From positions 106,885 to 170,884 of the forward strand of contig JAMLJG010000003.1 of NCBI GenBank assembly GCA_023953695.1: 64,000 nucleotides of DNA, given 5' to 3'. The translations under genes and the position numbers were made by a program. Under the pieces are notes generated by a model. The model did no database searches. It was not told the DNA's origin and saw only the letters and a list, made by a program, of their open reading frames with translations. Below are positions 59,185 to 64,000 of the stretch, piece after piece (the stretch's first letter is position 1; every line of letters begins with the position of its first letter). The DNA comes from Kiritimatiellia bacterium (GTDB lineage Bacteria; Verrucomicrobiota; Kiritimatiellia; CAIVKH01).

Positions 59185-62100
59185 CTAAGGCGCTGCTGTA
59201 GCTGTGGCTTCGGCCGCAGTCAGGGCCTCGCCGCGATTGAGCGGCTTGCCCGCCGGATCCACCAAACGCGCGGTCACGAAAATCAATAGATTCTTCTTCT
59301 TGCTGTATTCGCCTTCCGAACGGAAGAGCCGTCCGATCAGCGGAATATCGCCCAGCCCGGGAATCTTGTCCTTGACCTTGATCAAGTCCTCACGAATGAG
59401 GCCGCCCATGACGACGGTCTGGCCATCCCAGATCACAATACTGGTCGTCACGTTGCGACTGGCGAAGACGGGCTGCGGGATGTTGAATGTGAAGGTCTGA
59501 TCCGGAGTAAAGAGCTCATCAATCGCACCCGTGCTGCGCGGAATCGTGATGGTTGAACCATACTGAATCCAATCCACCAACTCTGACACTTCCGGAGCCA
59601 TCACGAGGTCAATCGTGTAGCCATCAGGTCCGACTGTAGGCGTCACGTTGAGGATAACCCCCGTCTCACGCTTTTCAAAGGTACCCGGCGTCACTACGGG
59701 TGGCGTCGTGATTCGGCCCGTATCATTAAATTGAGGCTGGGTCGTATCAAACTCGGTGGGATAGATGATCTCGCGGACCACTTGAATCTGCGCATTCACA
59801 CCGCTGCGCGTGGTCACGCGCGGAGCCGATAGGAGGTCTGTGCCACCATGTTGCGAGAGCGCCTGAACAACAATCGTCACCTCGGGATTCGTTAGGACGC
59901 TCGCAAAGGTCGCAATACCACCCAATGGGGTGATATTGGAGCCGAATTGTTGGCGCGTCGCCGGCTCGAGCACACCCGTCGTCGTATTGCGCCCAAAGAA
60001 CCGGAGGCCCTTTGTCATACCCTCGCTGTCGGCATTCATTTGCACGCGTTCGGCGCTTCCCGCTCCGAACGGGCCTGTTCGCTGTGCGATTTCCCAATTG
60101 TCCGTTAGAAGCCACTGGAAGCCCAACTCTTCCAGATCATCCTGCGAAATCTCAACAAAGCGCGCCTCGATTTCAACCTGGTTGGGAATGACGTTGAGAC
60201 GCGCAAGAATCTTCTCAAAGGTTTCGAGATTTTCGGGTGTGTTCGCGACGATCAATTGGCTGATCGCGGAATTATAGGCAATTGAGGTCCCCGCAGGGAA
60301 TGGAACACCTGCTTTCTCAAAGAAGTCTTTCACATCGCTCTTCTTGAACGAGGCGGATTTGGCGCCAAGCTCAACAAAGCCAGCCTGCTGGGGAGCCTCC
60401 TCCTTCTCGACTATGACATCAAGAATTGACGGCTGCACAGGGTAGAGGCGCGTGAGAACGCGACCCGAAACGACGCCCTCAGGCGTGATCATCACCGCAT
60501 TTTCTTCCAAGCGATACTTCAGGCGCGCAACCTCCGTGATGTATTTGATGGCATCAAGAAGAGAAATGCGGCGAAGGTTGAGTGTAATGGTAGGGATAGA
60601 AGAATCTACGGACGGAGCCGAAAAGGACTGCGCTGGCGGCGCAGAGAAATCGGAGCCGAAGTCGCCGAATCCGAAGTCTGCGGCGGGAGCAGCAGCCGGT
60701 TGCGCAGCAGGAGCCGATACGGCCGAGCCGCCCGGCACATTGAGGTTGAGGATGATATTGACACCGCTCTTCTCCGGATCGCCGGCGATGCTTGCCTCAA
60801 CCAAGAAATTCACGACATCCGTGATATTTGCCTGTCGGAACTCAATTGATGGAATGATGATCTTCTCCATCTTCTCCTGTAACTTTTGCGCGGATGACTG
60901 CGTCTCAACTGCACCGCGATTGACGACGGCCTGGGGTGCGGTGGCATCGCTGCGAACCGGACTGTTCCACCCATCGCGAACTTTCTGAATCAGCTCAGCC
61001 GCCGTCGCCTCGCGCTCCTGCGAGCGGATTTTGTAGCGCACTTCGTCAATTCGGCGAAGGAAGCGCATCGCCTCGACATTGTACTCATCCTGTAGAAGGA
61101 CCCGCTCGAAAATGGCTTCCGCCGAGTTGTAATCGCGCACGTCAAAGAACTGACGCCCTTCGCGAATCAATTCAGCGATGGATTTTTGCTGCGCAACAAT
61201 TTCGGGTCGCTTGGCAACGGGAACGGGTCGAGATTTGAGGTCGGCCTCGCGCTTTTCTGCTGCGGTGAGCTTTTTCTCGAACTGGCGGACATCTGCTCCG
61301 GCAGCTTGTGCACGGACAAATGACTCTCTAGCGCCCTTCAACTCATTGCGTGAAAGTTGCTGCTCTGCGCGGCCCAAATAGGATTGCCCCAGCGCTGCAG
61401 AAATCTCATCAAGACGGGCCTTGTTCGCGGGACGCGCAGGCAATTTCTCTTGCGCGCTGAGCAACGCCGGAATGGCTACATCAAAATTGCCAGCATGTGC
61501 AGCCGCCACGCCCTTGTCGGCGGCGGCCTTGGCTTCGACCTCGCTCGCCTGCCGGCGAACTTCTTCCTGCTGGGCAACCAGTGCGGGACTCAAGCCGGAC
61601 GCATTGGGATCCAGCGGAGCCACAGCGCCAGTTGCTTCCTCGACCGGAACCGCCTCAGGCTCGATTTCGGACTCGGAGTCGGGAGTGGCAGAAACACTCG
61701 ATTCGTCCGTCGCGTCACCGAAATCGCCAAAGATATCTAATGCGTTCGTGACATTGGCGTCGATGGAAACATCGCCCGTCTCCGCCTGTACCTCTGGTTC
61801 GGGAGCGGGCTGCTGTTCCGAAGCAACCGGCTCGGAATCGCCAAAGAAATCATCAGATGCTGTGTCCTCAATTGGGCTCGGCGCAGGCACTTCATCAGAG
61901 GCGGGAGCCACAGACTCTTCGGGCGCGGGTGTAACCTGTTCAGCACCTTCGCTTGCCTGTGCATCGTCTGGGCCTGGGTCCAGACCAAAATCATCCGTGG
62001 CCACCGAGACAACGTCGGTGGTTGAATCAGATTCCTGCGCCTCTGGCTGATTCGGCTCCACAATTGAGTCCGAGGCAGCATCGACAGATTCAGCGATCGC

Positions 62101-62322
62101 CTCTACGCCCGAATCAACTGAGTCAGCAGCTTCTTCCACAGCATCGGTAGCAGCCTCTGCCACAGGTTCCACCGCCGCACCTGCCTCCGTGACCAGCGTC
62201 GTTGGAGACGGAAGTGACAAGTCGTCAAGCAACGAGTCAAAGTCTTGTCCTCGCGCAACGGTAAACGCCACTAAGCTAACGGCGACCAGCAATCCTGTAT
62301 AGCGGCTCTTGATGACGCTCAT
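59185..62322 (-). CDS. Secretin-family outer-membrane channel protein (PilQ/GspD-like, 1045 aa) with a long acidic low-complexity N-terminal region and a TPR-like segment
   Basis: C-terminal secretin domain (VVMGGLIREDLIKVKDKIPGLGDIPLIGRLFRSEG...LLIFVTARLV). The N-terminal roughly 250 aa are D/E/S/A/P-rich. The RBS is AAGGAG. Confidence 0.75.
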   Translation of the reverse strand: MSVIKSRYTGLLVAVSLVAFTVARGQDFDSLLDDLSLPSPTTLVTEAGAAVEPVAEAATDAVEEAADSVDSGVEAIAESVDAASDSIVEPNQPEAQESDSTTDVVSVATDDFGLDPGPDDAQASEGAEQVTPAPEESVAPASDEVPAPSPIEDTASDDFFGDSEPVASEQQPAPEPEVQAETGDVSIDANVTNALDIFGDFGDATDESSVSATPDSESEIEPEAVPVEEATGAVAPLDPNASGLSPALVAQQEEVRRQASEVEAKAAADKGVAAAHAGNFDVAIPALLSAQEKLPARPANKARLDEISAALGQSYLGRAEQQLSRNELKGARESFVRAQAAGADVRQFEKKLTAAEKREADLKSRPVPVAKRPEIVAQQKSIAELIREGRQFFDVRDYNSAEAIFERVLLQDEYNVEAMRFLRRIDEVRYKIRSQEREATAAELIQKVRDGWNSPVRSDATAPQAVVNRGAVETQSSAQKLQEKMEKIIIPSIEFRQANITDVVNFLVEASIAGDPEKSGVNIILNLNVPGGSAVSAPAAQPAAAPAADFGFGDFGSDFSAPPAQSFSAPSVDSSIPTITLNLRRISLLDAIKYITEVARLKYRLEENAVMITPEGVVSGRVLTRLYPVQPSILDVIVEKEEAPQQAGFVELGAKSASFKKSDVKDFFEKAGVPFPAGTSIAYNSAISQLIVANTPENLETFEKILARLNVIPNQVEIEARFVEISQDDLEELGFQWLLTDNWEIAQRTGPFGAGSAERVQMNADSEGMTKGLRFFGRNTTTGVLEPATRQQFGSNITPLGGIATFASVLTNPEVTIVVQALSQHGGTDLLSAPRVTTRSGVNAQIQVVREIIYPTEFDTTQPQFNDTGRITTPPVVTPGTFEKRETGVILNVTPTVGPDGYTIDLVMAPEVSELVDWIQYGSTITIPRSTGAIDELFTPDQTFTFNIPQPVFASRNVTTSIVIWDGQTVVMGGLIREDLIKVKDKIPGLGDIPLIGRLFRSEGEYSKKKNLLIFVTARLVDPAGKPLNRGEALTAAEATATAAP

Positions 62323-62409
62323 AAAGTCACTCCTTCACAATATCCTGCAACTTGAAACCAGCCTAATTCCCTCAATCCAAACAAAACCAATACACACCGT
62401 CTATTTCCC

Positions 62410-63459
62410 TCAAGGAAAGGACGGAGCGACCGGCTCCGGGGTCGCCGAAGAGCCACCCTGCAGCGCAGTCCGTTCCGCTGTCGTAAGCAGCCCAACGCTC
62501 GTTTGCTTACCCGTTTGCTGTTCGCGTATTACGACACGATCCTCCCTGATGTCAACGACTTTATACACGAGATCCTTTAGGCGAACATCGTCGCGGATCT
62601 GAACTCTAAACCGGCTGCCGTCTACGAGGAAAATGAGTAGCGCCGTGCGCGCATCCTGATCAATGACTCGACCCTGGATCAAACGAATGACACTGCCGTC
62701 TTTCTCCAGCGTGAGCGTGGGGCCTTCCGTCGCCTTATCGTCGTACGAAAGCACATTGAAGCCATCCACAACTTCTCCGACACGAGCAAAATAGGTTCTT
62801 TCGAGCGTCCGAAGGTTGAGCTGATATCGGTCGCCATCGGGCAACCGCGATATGCCGAGGAAACGAAGTTTGAAGGGATTGACAACCGTCCTCACAAGGC
62901 GAAGCTTTGCCGCGGGCGGCGGGAAGGATGCGGGATCGCGGGGGTCCGTGCCCGCTTGATATTCTTCCAAGTTTGAATAGCCATCGCCATCCAAATCCGC
63001 GCGCGCATCTGTAGGATCGGCCGGATTCAAGCCTATTTGCGTTTCGGCTTTGTCGGGAATGCCATCGCCATCACTATCAGGATCATAATCCACAGATGGC
63101 TGCTCTGTTCCGCTGAATGGATCCACAGTAGCCTTGAACGGAATTGGGGCACCACTGGGAATGCTTGCGACCCGTTCCTCGCCCACCATAAAGCTCCGGT
63201 TGACCAATTGGACCTGGAAGGGATTGGATAAGCGAGAAAGCAAATTACTTACCAGCGATACATCCAGCGGCTTGGCGGTAGCACCCTCCATAGAGGTTTC
63301 CTGGCTGTAACGCGCATCAAACTCTTTGCGCTCCCCTCCTATCTTGAGGACCAAAAGCAAAGCGGAAAGCAGCAAAACTACGAGTATGACCACGAGAGCA
63401 AGCTTGTCGTAGTTCTGCTCGAACCAAGAACCGCCGGGTCTCTTTGCACTGCCCATCAC
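62410..63459 (-). CDS. Hypothetical membrane-anchored protein with thrombospondin-type-3-like calcium-binding repeats (DxDGDG); possible secretin/pilus assembly partner
   Basis: N-terminal TM (LALVVILVVLLLSALLLVL) and repeats DPDSDGDGIPDKAE / DLDGDGYSNLEEY. Lies immediately upstream of the secretin gene. Confidence 0.4.
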   Translation of the reverse strand: MMGSAKRPGGSWFEQNYDKLALVVILVVLLLSALLLVLKIGGERKEFDARYSQETSMEGATAKPLDVSLVSNLLSRLSNPFQVQLVNRSFMVGEERVASIPSGAPIPFKATVDPFSGTEQPSVDYDPDSDGDGIPDKAETQIGLNPADPTDARADLDGDGYSNLEEYQAGTDPRDPASFPPPAAKLRLVRTVVNPFKLRFLGISRLPDGDRYQLNLRTLERTYFARVGEVVDGFNVLSYDDKATEGPTLTLEKDGSVIRLIQGRVIDQDARTALLIFLVDGSRFRVQIRDDVRLKDLVYKVVDIREDRVVIREQQTGKQTSVGLLTTAERTALQGGSSATPEPVAPSFP

Positions 63460-63974
63460 GGCGAGTCCTCCTTGATTTCGCGTACAAGGCGATATACATC
63501 AAGCACCAAAGTCACCTGAACCAACTCGCGACCCGCGATCACGCGCTCTTCATGCGAGGGGTAGCGTGCGGGTAATACCAGTGCACCCGGCGGCGCTGCG
63601 GAAGCCCGCTCGCCGCCTATGGGTGTCAATGGCGTGGCGCGGCCGATCTTGTCTGCGGCTGTGTTCTGAAGCTGAACATCCGAAACCGAAACCAACAATT
63701 GTGAGCGAGCAAGCTGATTGAGGGCCTCCCAGACATTCATGTCGCGCGCTTGAAACACAACGCGAAAGCGCTCCACCTCGTAGAGGGTATTGCTGGCGGG
63801 CATGGGGATCGCCGTCAAGGCAACGGTGGGCTGCGATTCCTGAACCAATTGGCGACGGCGCAGCATGGGCTGCTCTTCAGCCGAGGATGTGCCGCCAGAC
63901 TCAAACTCTTGCCGCTCAATGCTGACGATGGATGAAATATGTGATTGGAGCAAAATCTGGCCGATGGCTTCCAT
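63456..63974 (-). CDS. Hypothetical protein, possible PilO/PilN-like assembly component (may extend beyond the window)
   Basis: Assigned from gene order (upstream of a PilP-like gene and the secretin) and a coiled-coil/mixed alpha-beta composition only. Weak. Confidence 0.3.
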   Translation of the reverse strand: MEAIGQILLQSHISSIVSIERQEFESGGTSSAEEQPMLRRRQLVQESQPTVALTAIPMPASNTLYEVERFRVVFQARDMNVWEALNQLARSQLLVSVSDVQLQNTAADKIGRATPLTPIGGERASAAPPGALVLPARYPSHEERVIAGRELVQVTLVLDVYRLVREIKEDSP

Positions 63975-64000
63975 GGTCTTGAGCTGAATAACCAGTCGCG

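Overview
High-GC bacterial chromosomal segment, probably from the PVC superphylum (Verrucomicrobiota/Planctomycetota-like; this placement is uncertain). It is densely coded with operon-style 1-4 nt start/stop overlaps. The most notable content is a roughly 9.2 kb single-strand operon (10384-19508) encoding a bacterial microcompartment (BMC) shell: one BMC-H, two tandem-domain BMC-T and three BMC-P vertex proteins. The same operon carries a CoA-acylating aldehyde dehydrogenase, a RpiB-DeoC (ribose-5-P isomerase B / deoxyribose-5-phosphate aldolase) fusion, phosphopentomutase, thymidine phosphorylase, purine nucleoside phosphorylase and cytidine deaminase. This is a metabolosome apparently dedicated to nucleoside/deoxyribose catabolism, with acetaldehyde from DeoC as the sequestered intermediate. 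The operon is bracketed at both ends by pairs of a perfect palindrome, TTCCAA-N3-TTGGAA, each pair with identical 32-bp spacing. Other content: SH3b protein (partial), a glycosidase-like/TPR membrane protein, pepA, purC, a Xer-type recombinase, rnc and tRNA-Asn. There is a PpiD-like chaperone and a long minus-strand operon ExbB/ExbD-like - fabZ - lpxA - gspD - gspE - gspF. Further genes are a 2-hydroxyacid dehydrogenase, a parvulin PPIase, an SDR, mcsA-mcsB-clpC, ilvE, lolCDE-like, a GH31 glycosidase, ruvC, yebC, a CCA enzyme and an O-antigen-ligase-like protein. The window also holds a secreted 5'-nucleotidase, tig-clpP-clpX, a VWA protein, rho, coaE, a multi-pass membrane protein carrying an in-frame G10 homopolymer, a 5'-3' exonuclease, and a second large secretin-family gene with putative assembly partners. 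No CRISPR array, rRNA or clear transposase/phage genes were seen.
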